A DNA stretch of 64,000 nucleotides from assembly GCA_963738405.1 (NCBI GenBank), contig CAVTWJ010000009.1:1-64000 (forward strand), written 5' to 3'. Origin of the DNA: a candidate division FCPU426 bacterium (GTDB taxonomy: Bacteria; Oederibacteriota; Muellerivitia; Muellerivitales; Muellerivitaceae). A program made the translations under genes and the position numbers. The notes under the pieces are model-generated. The model saw only the letters and a program-made list of their open reading frames with translations. It ran no database searches and was not told the DNA's origin. This document shows positions 1 through 10,964 of the stretch, in pieces (position 1 is the first letter of the stretch; the number at the start of each line of letters is the position of its first letter).

Positions 1-1
1 C

Positions 2-283
2 GAGCGGGGCACACACACTATCCAGGCCGTGGTCAACGCCGTCTTGTCCTCACTGCGGTACGCGAACCGGAATGCCCGCCGTGGCTACGTCGGCAAGCCC
101 GGGCACTGGCGGTTCGCTACAGATAGTCACAGCTCGGCAGTCGCGCGGCACGCGATATCCGCCCAATCCTGGCCAAATCAGTACAACGAGTCGGGCCAAC
201 GGTGGCGTGCAGAACTAGTCATTCGGGACCGCCCACAACTACCGCCCCAACTATCACTCGCAGAACTCATTGGAGCGGAATAA
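2..283 (+). CDS. Hypothetical protein, probably 5'-truncated by the window edge
   Basis: Frame is open from position 2 to TAA at 283; no recognisable motif. Confidence 0.35.
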   Translation, partial: ERGTHTIQAVVNAVLSSLRYANRNARRGYVGKPGHWRFATDSHSSAVARHAISAQSWPNQYNESGQRWRAELVIRDRPQLPPQLSLAELIGAE

Positions 284-442
284 GCCACGTGGTAGTCCGT
301 TTCCGTGCGGCCCGAGGCCCGTCTCGACTACTCGGGCGCACCGGCTGGACCTAACGGGCGGGTTGTCTAATCGGCGTTGGAGGGCTACAGGGACTTGAAC
401 CACGGACCTCTTCCGTAGTAATAGGGTAGCGGCGATGGCGGG

Positions 443-668
443 ATGACGCGGGGGTGACCGGCGCCGGAACGCGCGGCAGGACCGGCTGCGGAAGCTGCTG
501 CTGCGCGATGGCGCGGTGATCGGCATCGACCTGGCCGAGGATAAGCAGGCGCTGGTGGTGATCGATCACGATGTGCGGGTGCTGGCCCGCAAGACGGTGC
601 GGGCCAAAGCGTTCCGGCTGGGCCAGGCGGTGGACAGGCGCGGGCGAAGGGGTTTGAGCGGGCGATAG
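443..668 (+). pseudogene. IS110-family transposase N-terminal relic (DEDD domain fragment)
   Basis: ATG at 443, then a +1 G shift into GDRRRNARQDRLRKLLLRDGAVIGIDLAEDKQALVVIDHDVRVLARK; GID is the first catalytic motif of IS110 enzymes; truncated at TAG 668. Confidence 0.75.
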
Positions 669-669
669 T

Positions 670-1095
670 GTGCGGATCTTCGGCATCCGCGACCGGATCG
701 AGCAGGGCTACAAGTAGGTCAAGGACGAACTCGGCTGGGCTGATTTCTAGGTCCACTCCGATCTTGCGATCCGTCATCACCAGGTACTGGTCAACTACGC
801 GTTCAGCTTCTGCTGGGCCGCCTGGATCGCTGATCACGTGCCACAGCACGACGCGGCACCGCTGCCGGAACCGGGCCGCGGAGAGAGGGGGCCGCCCGCC
901 GCGACGGACCCGCCGCGTCCTGGCCCCGGGCGATCCGGGCGGTCCGCGCCTGGCTTTCCCCTGGATCGCATTGCAGCGCTGGTGGGCCGCATGGTCCAAA
1001 GCGCCCCCGCCCCGCCAGCTCCAAGCCTTGATGGACTCGGTCGCGGCTGGCTATAGCCTGCACCTCTACATCTCGAATTAACAATCTACCATTAG
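670..1095 (+). pseudogene. IS701-family transposase C-terminal relic
   Basis: One frame reads GIRDRIEQGYK*VKDELGWADF*VHSDLAIRHHQVLVNYAFSFCWAAW (two in-frame TAG stops); another frame ends RWWAAWSKAPPPRQLQALMDSVAAGYSLHLY; both resemble actinobacterial IS701 transposases. Confidence 0.75.
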
Positions 1096-1261
1096 TCGAC
1101 GCCCGACCGGATCCCCGTGGCTGCCGTATCCCGCCGAGTAAGTCCCCAAGTTGCGGCACCTTGACGCCGGACCATACCTGGTGCGAAAATAAATATGAGG
1201 TGACGGCGTGGTTGTATGCCTAATCGCTGACCATTTCCAAGCTTAATCTGCTGACGCGCAG

Positions 1262-1969
1262 ATGTGGTGTCAGCAAATGTCGTATTCCAGGCTAAATCCA
1301 GGTAGAACAGGGTCAACGATCGCGGAGTCGGGCCTAAATGCAAGTTACGCGGCTGCGTTCAGCATACCTACTCTGTGCATTGACGAATTCCTAAGCCAGG
1401 CGGACGCAGGCAGAATCCTGCAGGAATGCATTGACCTCAGGAAGGTATACTTGCAGGCGAGCGTGTTCGACGGCCCTGCCGCCACGAAAATTAACCTTGA
1501 TTACCGCGTAAATGACGTCGTCATGATTGACGATATTTTCCGCAGCGAGCCGCATCGATCAGATATCCTGACTATCCTGAAGGAAAGAGTCTGGGATGTG
1601 GAGTCCCAGTCTCTATGGCACGACGGATATTATATTTTTGATATCATCAATTACTCGACTTGGCGGGAGGCGGTAGTCTCGCGATATGGAGACGGGAATT
1701 TCTATAAGAAACACCAAGACACTAGGCGCGACCATATCACCTATCGGCTCGTTACTATCGTATATTTCGTAAATAAGCTCCCTCAGAAGTTTACCGGAGG
1801 TTCCCTGGTCCTCTGGCAGGACGGTGAATGCCTCCGGATCGAACCCAAGCATAATCGTGCTGTCGTATTTCCTTCTTTCACCTTTCATGAAGTGGAAGTC
1901 GTCAAAATGCAACAAGGGAACTGGGATGAGGCGCGCTTCTCGATTAACTACTGGATGGGCTTCCAATGA
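1262..1969 (+). CDS. 2OG-Fe(II) oxygenase, prolyl-4-hydroxylase-like (start codon uncertain)
   Basis: YKKHQD (HxD), [38 protein letters not shown] (distal His) and RFSINYW (2OG-binding Arg); stop overlaps the next start (ATGA). Confidence 0.9.
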   Translation: MWCQQMSYSRLNPGRTGSTIAESGLNASYAAAFSIPTLCIDEFLSQADAGRILQECIDLRKVYLQASVFDGPAATKINLDYRVNDVVMIDDIFRSEPHRSDILTILKERVWDVESQSLWHDGYYIFDIINYSTWREAVVSRYGDGNFYKKHQDTRRDHITYRLVTIVYFVNKLPQKFTGGSLVLWQDGECLRIEPKHNRAVVFPSFTFHEVEVVKMQQGNWDEARFSINYWMGFQ

Positions 1970-2724
1970 CGAATGGCGATACGCCTGTTGCGGTGACGGT
2001 GCAGGGTAAGCAGACGGCGATCAGTGGTGAGTCGCTTGGGCAATTCGTCAGGCCGCCGCTGGGGGGTAAGCCTTCGATTCAGGTCGGCGTCGGCGTGCAG
2101 GGCAGCTCCGATGACGGGCAGGGGGTGGTGGCTCAGAGCACTAATGGGACGGCGCTGACGGCCAGTTCGCAGGCCGGGTGGGCGATCGAGGCCACCGGCG
2201 TGGGCGGCCGCGCCATTGCGGGCGGCCTTGATCAGGTGAGCCGGCAGCACGCCGGCTTGTACGGTGAAAGTGACCAGCAGGGTGTTTTCGGCCGCTCTAC
2301 CGGGGCGGGGGACGGAATTCACGGGATTTCTGCCCAGGGCGCCGGCGTTCATGGCACGGGCGGAAATCATGCCGGGCTCTTCGACGGCAACGTGACCGTC
2401 AACGATAAGCTGTTCATTACCGGACTAGCCGCCGACCTGCTCACCACCATAACCAGCCTGCAGGCCGAGATAGCGAATTTCAGATCTCCGACTGGGCCGC
2501 CGGGACCTCCGGGAGTACCAGGCATCAATGGCCCGCCGGGCCCGCCCGGCCCCAAGGGAGCGTTCGATGCCGGACCTCCTGGACCTCTCGGAACACCGGG
2601 GCCGATAGGTGCTACAGGGCAGCCAGGGATCAGCGGGGGACCGGGTCCGCCGGGACCGCCAGGGCCTCCTGGTTTGCCGGGTTTTGGCTCAGAGGGGCCG
2701 CCGGGACCACCCGGAGACGTATAA
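1966..2724 (+). CDS. Collagen-like protein 1: Gly-rich beta-repeat N-domain, short coiled coil, C-terminal Gly-X-Y domain
   Basis: GLYGES/GVFGRS/GIHGIS/GVHGTG repeats; amphipathic helix [19 protein letters not shown]; 24 Gly-X-Y triplets including 10 GPP. Confidence 0.9.
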   Translation: MTNGDTPVAVTVQGKQTAISGESLGQFVRPPLGGKPSIQVGVGVQGSSDDGQGVVAQSTNGTALTASSQAGWAIEATGVGGRAIAGGLDQVSRQHAGLYGESDQQGVFGRSTGAGDGIHGISAQGAGVHGTGGNHAGLFDGNVTVNDKLFITGLAADLLTTITSLQAEIANFRSPTGPPGPPGVPGINGPPGPPGPKGAFDAGPPGPLGTPGPIGATGQPGISGGPGPPGPPGPPGLPGFGSEGPPGPPGDV

Positions 2725-2739
2725 AGGAGGCGATTACCG

Positions 2740-3505
2740 ATGGCGAATGGCGATACGCCTGTTGCGGTGACGGTGCAGGGTAAGCAGACGGCGATCAGTG
2801 GTGAGTCGCTTGGGCAATTCGTCAGGCCGCCGCTGGGGGGTAAGCCTTCGATTCAGGTCGGCGTCGGCGTGCAGGGCAGCTCCGATGACGGGCAGGGGGT
2901 GGTGGCTCAGAGCACTAATGGGACGGCGCTGACGGCCAGTTCGCAGGCCGGGTGGGCGATCGAGGCCACCGGCGTGGGCGGCCGCGCCATTGCGGGCGGC
3001 CTTGATCAGGTGCAGCCGGCAGCACGCCGGCTTGTACGGTGAAAGTGACCAGCAGGGTGTTTTCGGCCGCTCTACCGGGGCGGGGGACGGAATTCACGGG
3101 ATTTCTGCCCAGGGCGCCGGCGTTCATGGCACGGGCGGAAATCATGCCGGGCTCTTCGACGGCAACGTGACCGTCAACGGCAAGCTGTTCATTACCGGAC
3201 TAGCCGCCGACCTGCTCACCACCATAACCAGCCTGCAGGCCGAGATAAGCAACTTCAAAGCCCCGCCGGGACCGCCAGGGCCACCGGGGCTTCAAGGCGA
3301 CCCAGGACCGCCCGGTCCGGTAGGTCCTAGTGGGCCCATCGGGGTTGGGCCACCCGGTTCTCCCGGCCAGCCCGGTACTCCAGGCCTTCCGGGTCCGCCG
3401 GGAATTGTCGGCGGAGGCCCGGTTGGCCCGCCAGGGCCCCAGGGCCCGCCAGGACCGCCGGGATCTGGGCCACCGGGTCCACCTGGGCCTCCTGGGAGCC
3501 CGTGA
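2740..3505 (+). CDS. Collagen-like protein 2 (paralog of protein 1); one extra base at about 3013 splits it into ORFs 2740-3042 and 2990-3505
   Basis: AAGGAGG RBS; first ~510 bp nearly identical to 1966-2480; GTGCAGCCGG versus GTGAGCCGG in copy 1; 24 Gly-X-Y triplets including 11 GPP with a different sequence. Confidence 0.85.
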
Positions 3506-3783
3506 AAGCCCGGCTGGGACCCGTCGGCCTGGAAACACTGGACACACTGATCATGGCGGGCATCGCGGCCACTCGCGCGGAGGCCATCCGCTGGGCCCTG
3601 GACCGTATCCGCGAGCGACCAGCGTATGAGCAGCCCGTGAACGCGTGCGCCATACCGGCAGACTCGAAGACGAGTTCTAACACGGTTGCGAGGGATAGCC
3701 CAGTTCATGTTCCGGTGTCGAGATGGTTGAGGTTGGCGCCAGAACTTCAGAACCGGATAATCTGCGTGCAGAAAACCCCTTGA
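3502..3783 (+). CDS. Small hypothetical protein or fragment, possibly ribbon-helix-helix-like ([21 protein letters not shown])
   Basis: GTGA overlap with the collagen 2 stop; only the N-terminal half looks protein-like. Confidence 0.35.
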   Translation: MKARLGPVGLETLDTLIMAGIAATRAEAIRWALDRIRERPAYEQPVNACAIPADSKTSSNTVARDSPVHVPVSRWLRLAPELQNRIICVQKTP

Positions 3784-4109
3784 TGGTCAGGTGCGCCGAT
3801 TCGGCAGGGATATGTACTTAATGTCCGGCTGTCACGCTCGCTGGATGTTCGCTCTCCGTAACAGCCAATGTACGCGCCGAGGGTTGTCGTCCGCTGTACT
3901 TACGGGCGACCCATTCAAAAGGCCGTCGCTGCCGGCACCGGGCGTGCGGGCGAGCGGGTCGACGTATGGACGTTGCGCGCCATGACCATCGCCGTCGAGG
4001 CGTTCGCCCGCCGATGTGCCGGATAACCGGCCATTATCGCTGATAGCCCGGTCTGTCGTCCTACGGGGGACGGCTGTGACTTTAGCCGTTGGATGGCCCG
4101 AGTCTTTGG

Positions 4110-4280
4110 GGCGTTCTGGCCGGTCCAGGTCGGGGGCGAGCGCGGCTGGTGCCGGTCAGGCCCTCGTCGAGGTGGCTCCCGTCGTCCGAGATGGCGAGCG
4201 CGGTCAGGGACTGTCGCTGGGCAGTGCTCCGCTGTCCTGCAAACAGCGGAGCACTCGGCGTAGCCGATGAGTCTGCCCAT
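4110..4280 (-). pseudogene. Degraded serine recombinase (resolvase) N-terminus
   Basis: MGRLIGYAECS (YARxS-like), then in another frame TAQRQSLTALAISDD..HLDEGLTGTSRARP, matching the resolvase G.sG....RP motif. Confidence 0.65.
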
Positions 4281-4433
4281 CCCGGCACAGTTCCGGTTGG
4301 TCCCGGTCACCGGGCTATCGAACGGGCTGGTCTATCGGACAGCGTTCCCGCGGTCCTTGAGGACCTGGATAGAGATAAAAGCGCGCTAGGCGAGCAGGGT
4401 CAAATGCTGGTGCTTGCTGTCAGACTTTTGGCT

Positions 4434-6630
4434 ATGGGTGGGCGAGTTCGCGGCTTGTGGCCGTTTGTCGCGGTTGGGGCAATCGCGGTGGTCACGGCGG
4501 CAGGCCTGGTTGTGGTGTGGCGGTCTCCGCACCGCGACGAGCTGGAGGGCTTCGCGGGGCTCGCCATATCGGTGACGGGTATCGCCGCGGGCTGGATCGC
4601 CTGGCTATGGCGGGCCAGGAGCCAGCAGGCCAGCGGGGCTGTTTCCGGGCAAGAATCCGGGCGACTTGCGGAGCTGCTGGCCGGGTCGGTTGACGAGGAG
4701 TGGACCCGGGCGGCCGGTGAGCGGGGGTTGCTGGAGCCAGTGCCCATTCCGGTTCGGTGGCAACGGCCGGCCGCGTCGTTCGCCGGGCCTGCCGCGGCCG
4801 CGGTGGCCTCGACGCGGTTTGCGCCGCTGCCCGGGCTTGCCGCAACCGGGGAGCAGCGGCTGCGGGCGGGCCAGGTGGGTGAGCTGCATGAGGTGTACGG
4901 GGGATTGGGGTCGGGGCGGCTGGTGATCGCGGGCGGCCCCGGATCGGGGAAGAGCAGCGCGGCTGTACTGCTGATCCTGGCCGCCCTGCGCTACCGGCGG
5001 AGCGTCGCGGAGAAGGTCCGGCCCGAGGTGCCGGTGCCGGTGATGTTCACCTTGCAGGGGTGGGACCCCGGCACTCAGCGGGTTCGGGACTGGCTGGCTG
5101 AGCGCCTGTGGCGGACCTACCCGCTGTTCGCGGGCAAGCAAGGGGCAGGGGCGGCACGTGACATGCTCGATGAGGGCCGGATCGCGGTGATCCTGGACGG
5201 GCTGGATGAGATCCCTGAGGATCTGCGGCCAGCCGTGCTGCGGGCGCTTAGCCAGCAGGCAACCTTCCGGCTGGTCCTTTTGACCCGCAGCGCCGAGATG
5301 GCTGATGCCGCGGCCCGGGCCATGCTGCAGGGCGCGGCGGCCATCGAGTTGCAAGACATCGACCCGGGTACCGCCGCCGGTTACCTCACCCGCACCCAGC
5401 TCGACCCCCCGCCGCAAGGCTGGCATGAGCTGACCAGCCGCCTGCGGTTGGAACCGGGCAGCCCGCTGGCGCCGGCCTTGAACAACCCGCTGATGCTCAC
5501 CCTGGTCCGCGACACCTACCACGCCGGAGACGACGCAGGTGAGCTCCTCGGCTTGCGCGGCGCGGCCGGGCAGCCCGCCTCGAGCGGGGACATCACCGGC
5601 TATCTCCTGGACCGGGTACTGCCCGCCGCCTATACCCAGCAGCCGGGCGAACCACCGCCCCGCTATGACCTGCTGACCGCGGAACGCGCGCTGCGGTGCA
5701 TCGCCGCGCGGATGAACACAGACGGCACCCGGGACCTGCGATGGTGGCACGTTCCTGCCTGGGCCCATGCCGCCCCTCGCGTCATCGCGACCTGGCTCGG
5801 CGCCGTATTCGCGGCCGGGATCGCGGCCACGATCGCAGGGGGATCGCGCTCGCCTCCGTGGCCGGGCGCGGGCGGGGATAGCGGACGGGATCGCGGTCGG
5901 GCTCGTGGCCGGGATAGCGGCCGGGATAGCGTTCGGGCGGGGAAACAAGATCCCCAAACGGATGGCGCCCGTGCGGTGGCGACAACTTTTTCGACGCAGG
6001 CCGGTTGTGGTGGGCGTCCTGGCCGGGCTCGTGGCCTGGCTCGCTGTTCGGGTTCGCGGGCGGGCAGGCCGCGGGCTGCGCGGGCGGGCTCGAGCCCGGG
6101 GTCGTGGTCGGGACTTGTGGCCTGGCTTGGGGCCGGGGTTGTCACCGGGATGTCCCGGCCAGGAACTGACAACATCAGTCCCCTTAGTCCACTCTCCTCA
6201 TGGCGCAGTGATCGAGCGTTCGGGCTCGTGGTCGGGTTCGTAGTCGGGCTCGTGGTCGGGCTCGGCGTTCGGGTTCGTCGGCTCGGGCTCGGGTTCGATC
6301 GTGGGCGAGTCCCTGTTCGGGCTCACGAGCGGGCTCGTGGCCGGGCTCGTGGGCGGGCTCGTGGTCGGGCTCGTGGCCGGGCTCGCGGTCGGGCTCGTGT
6401 ATCCCCAGTCGTGGTCATCCTCCCTCGCGTTTGCACAGCTCGCTGCATCTGACCGGACTCCGGTTCGCCTCATGCGGTTCCTCGAAGACGCCCGCAGCCG
6501 CAACGTCTTGCGCACGGTCGGGCCGGTCTACCAGTTCCGCCACGCCCGCCTGCAAGACCGCCTGGCCGCCCAGGAATCGGCAACTGGAAAGGGGCCCGGC
6601 AAGCCCGGCCTAGCGGCAGGAGGCGCCATG
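4434..6630 (+). CDS. NACHT/STAND NTPase with N-terminal TM helices and C-terminal Gly-rich TM repeats; several frameshifts after about 5840
   Basis: Walker A GGPGSGKS, Walker B VILDGLDE, NPLML, GLVxG repeats split across frames, C-terminal LMRFLEDARSRNVLRTVGPVYQFRHARLQDRLA. Confidence 0.85.
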
Positions 6631-8675
6631 TTCACCATGATCACTCTACGCTGCCCCGGGGGAAGCGGAGACATGTCGAGCGGTCCGCCAATGCTATCGA
6701 ATATCGAGAATCCGACATTCCCATACTTCAACTGAAGCGTGGTAAGATTAAATGTGGTTTGCCCCAAATTATAAAGCGTGTCGTATGCGACGTTTGAGAG
6801 CCCCACTGATCCAGCACGCCAAGATTATTAAGCGGCGGCTTGATGCTATCGATCTGCGGCTTATAGATACTGGTGACGACCGTGAGGTTTCCTGCTACGT
6901 CATAGATATCCATTATCAGCTCTGCGGGTTTTGTCGGATCGGTGGGATACATCCAATAATCGCTGGTATCGATTCCGGCGCCTTCGATAAAGTTTGGATC
7001 GATGATATAGGACATATTATAGGAGGTATCTGCCTGGATCGCAGAAAGTAAGGACTGCTGGTTAACTCCATCCGGCAGGAGACCGGAATCGCTCACATGT
7101 ACATAGGCATTCAAACACTCACCAACGGTATCGACTTTCGGCGCCACGGTATCCGGCGAGTGAAATGTACCGGTTGCGAACGGTCCAGACCAGTGCGTAG
7201 GACTCGTCATATCCATAACCATAGACATATACCCCACGCCATCCGTATCGCCATTGATAATATGCGCGCCCGGAGCGATCTGCGGAATGTTAAAGATCTC
7301 GAAGGTATCGTCAATGCACTGGCTCGTCTTGCCTAAAATGCTTTGGCCATCGAACTTCGTATTCTTCTCATCGTTCACATTGATAATGATATTCGCATAG
7401 TTCACGTAAGGAACGATATTACCGACGCTTTGCGGCGTTTGGAAGAGCACGGTCTTGGTAAATTGCTCTTTCGGATTGATAACGCACTCGGCAGGATCGC
7501 CGAGGCCGTTGTTATGATCCGGATAGGTTGAGCTATTGATGTACCATACACAGAGGAACGGTTCTTTGCTCCAGAATTTTTGACCGAGTTCAAGCTCATC
7601 CCAATAGATACCGTATTGATTATCGATAATGCACTCGGTATGCTGGCCGGTTTGGCAATCCTGACGATAGATCGTCTGTCCTGGCACGGAAGAAATGAAG
7701 AGATACCGCGCAAAATCATGGCCCGGCATTCCCGGCGGCTGGATGGGGTTCGTGGCGTAATAGGTTTCTGCCCAGGTACGAATCGGGGGGAGCATATCCT
7801 CGACGTGATCGCAATAAGGGAAGTCGGCAGGGATATTCGGACAGCCCGATCCGCCGGAAACACCGACGGGCTGGTTCGAATGGACGATCGTGCCGGTCAT
7901 ATCGAAATTATCGCCATCGGATGCGCGAACCGGCATCATCTGAACATCTTGTCCGCGGTTAAGCGTGAAGATGCCGGTTGCCCTTGTGGATACACTACGA
8001 TGCCTGAATTGGCATCGCCACTGACGTTTCCAGACGTGCATTGACGGCAATCGCACGAAGGGGTGATGGTGACCTGCGTATTATCCTGATCTGCGGTGAT
8101 CGACCATCGTCGATGGAAGATCGTAGACATACGTGCCGAATCCCTCGAAGAGCGAACCATAGGCTCCGCAAACGTAATCGGTACCCCAGCCGATCGTGGG
8201 AATGATATAGGAACCGTCCGACGTGTACGGATTGTGGGACATATCATAGACTGTGATGTCCGCCGTTGGCGAATACACATGAATCGCTTTGTTTTCTACT
8301 TCACCGCTCGACTCCAGCTCCCAGAATTCCGGGATCTTGAAGCTGCCGATCTTATACGCCTGGATCGGAACGGGTAGTTCTGCTGCCGTTCGACTCGACG
8401 AAGGCCGTGCAGTTTTCGGCGGACGTGATATAAATACGCATGTATTTACCGCCCAAGTCCTCGCCCCAGTAATTGGACATCATGGAGAACCAGAAATCGC
8501 GGCCGGAATGCGGCGGATGCTGCGGGTTCTTGACGATCGTGTGATGGATCAGCGCATTCTGTGCCGATACCGTGCCGCTTGGAAGCAGCACCACCGAGCA
8601 AAGGACGACAAGCGCCGCCCAGAATGCCGCACGGATCTTCAAAGACGAAGAAACGAAAGAGTTAGAATGTGTCAT
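6630..8675 (-). CDS. Secreted IgGFc-binding-domain protein; frameshifted and 3'-truncated at the junction
   Basis: Signal-like N-terminus, GRDFWFSMMSNY, DGSYIIPTIGWGTDY, SNQPVGVSGG, CDHVEDMLPPIRTW across ORFs 8352-8675, 8081-8278, 6728-8056 and 6528-6806. Confidence 0.75.
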
Positions 8676-9060
8676 GGTCTTATTTGAAAAAGAAAACAAC
8701 GAATAAATAAGCAGAAGTTGTAAGTAAAACCTAATTCCGATGCCAGAAGTAGCTGCGATTAAGTGCAACCGCCAAAAGCATGTTTTGATTCATGGGGTCC
8801 GGAAAACCGATTGCGTAATCTTAGTTTGAAAGCTATTTTGCTCCCAAATGAAAGATCGCATTCTATAAGACCCAATAATCTCTGTTGAAATTACCAGATC
8901 TCGGCTCTTGCCGAATCCCTCCTAATGTTTAAAACGCGCTGGGTCGCTCGGGTTACAAAAAAAAATTATGAATAATTTTACAGTGGCATCGTATTTTTCA
9001 TGAAAGCCTTAAAGAAAAGTACATTTTGCCACTTTTTCGCCATTATTGATACATTTGCAA

Positions 9061-10963
9061 TTATGGGTTCGAATCGAGAGGGGTTTCTACAAGAACCTGA
9101 ACCGTCCTGTTATAGTACCTTCCTTCAGGAAGCTCGTTCGGATAGAGCGGCTGTGTTTTCCCATAGCCATGCGCAACCAGCGACTTAACTTTGCCCTTGA
9201 TGTGCCCCGCAATATCCATCTTAACAGCATTTGCGCGGTTCGTCGAGAGCTTGGTATTGTAATCCTCGGTGCCTAAGATATCCGTGTAGCCATTGACGGA
9301 AACATCCGAATTCGGCTGGATGCGATTATAAACGTAAGAATCCAAGATCTTGTGATTCCACTTGCCCATATCGGACTTGTTATAGGTGAAAAGGATAAGA
9401 TTGTAAGTCTCACGGGTCTTATCGGCCAAATGCTCCGCAACAACGTTGCTAACGGAGAACTGCTTGACACTGATCTTATCGACATTGGAAGAAACCGTGC
9501 GGCCGGTCTTATCCGTGACATTGAGCTGAACGGACATCATATCCTCACCAGATGGAAGTTTGCCATCGGAGGAGCGCCAGTTATAACCATTGTAATCCAT
9601 CTTCGATAGCGATCCAAGATCGGTGATCTCCGCCCATTTCTTGCCTTGATAACCAATCTCCAGTGCACGGCTTTGGATCGTCTCGTCTCGGAGTCCGTTC
9701 TCCCATTTGAATCCCCCTGTCGGCGCATCGGGGCGCTTCACATTGCTGTTGTGCAACACAGGATGAATGATCTCCCATGAATCGCTCGTAAGCTCTACGC
9801 GGCGATTCTCAGCAATGCCTTCGGGAGTAGTTGGAAGTGTTGGGCTTTCCGGAAGTTTGCGTGCTTCAACGGAAATGCGTTCTGGATTAATACCCCAGAT
9901 CTCGACCAGATATTTCTTGACCGATTCTGCGCGCTGGCGGGAAAGATCGATCGACATCTCATTATCGACATCCTGCGAGTTCGTACCCGTCAGGCCGATC
10001 TTCGTATCCGGATTGTTCCGCATCCGAAGTCCAACGATATTAAGATAATTATAGTAAGCATTTAACGTACCGCTGATCGTATCTTCCGTGAAACCCTTCG
10101 TCTGATCCGGGCTGGTAAACATCACATATCGCGATGGGAGCGTGCCAGTTCCAGCATCGTAGAACACCATCGGCAGCAGTGCATACAAATCGATCGTCTT
10201 TTGCTCGCGAATGATAACGCCTTTGAAATTCGGGAAAAGCGAGGGTTTTTCCTTGACGAGCTGAGGATCCTGAGTCACCCAATGCACGACCGGTGGATTC
10301 TCGTTATTCATCGGAATATCGTGTGTGATGCTGCGGGAGGAATCGTTGCGCAACGGGATCACTTCCGAGGTCGGGCCATAATTAAAGTGGTTCGATTCTG
10401 TCGCGCTAATGATATAGGTACCCCCAAGGTTGCCATCGGCATCGCTCGGAAGAATAGCAAGATACTCTCCAGTGGAGCTGTTCGTAGTCTTATTATAGAT
10501 CGTGTCCTTCGTGCGCGAATCGATAATTACGACGTGCGCGGTCAGGTTCTCCTTTGTATTGATATCATACGCACGACCATGCAGCACAAGGGTTGGCTTG
10601 GGCGCCGGAGGATTTGTTGCAACATATACATCGAGCTTGCCACTTCCGCCAGGGCGGCTGCTGCTGAAAAAGAGTACGTTACCGGAGGCCGGAACAGAAA
10701 GAAAGAAATCGTCAGAAGGAGAATTGATCGGAGCAGGAAGCCGAACGGGGGTGGTCCAATCTGTATCGCTGGGTCCTTTCCATTCCGATTGATAAATATC
10801 CAGCCCGCCAAGTCCAGGATGATTAGGATCGCGGCTGGGGGCATCAGATGCAAAATAGAGCGTCGTACCATCGGCTGCCATAAATGGGGATCCTTCATAG
10901 CCACCGGTATTTATCTTCGTACCAAGATTAACGGGGTCACTCCAGCGACCATCGGGAACACTT
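9061..10963 (-). CDS. PD40-repeat / carboxypeptidase-regulatory-like / double OmpA-like domain protein (5'-truncated)
   Basis: Frame extends upstream as WSDPVNLGTKINTGGYEGSPFMAADGTTLYFAS (PD40); two OmpA_C signatures (LSRQRAESVKKYL..NRRVEL and GYTD..YNTKLSTNRANAV..GYG..NRTV). Confidence 0.85.
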
Positions 10964-10964
10964 A

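Noticed and set aside
3292..3708. PGG-repeat (flagelliform-silk-like) ORFs on the minus strand here and at 2367-2555
   Set aside because: They are antisense shadows of the GPP collagen codons
6301..6452. RARG/GRAR repeat protein tail in ORF 4089-6452
   Set aside because: It is an out-of-frame reading of the GLVxG transmembrane repeats of the NACHT gene
6630..8675. Programmed frameshifting in the IgGFc-domain gene
   Set aside because: Several scattered indels without slippery motifs fit unpolished read errors better
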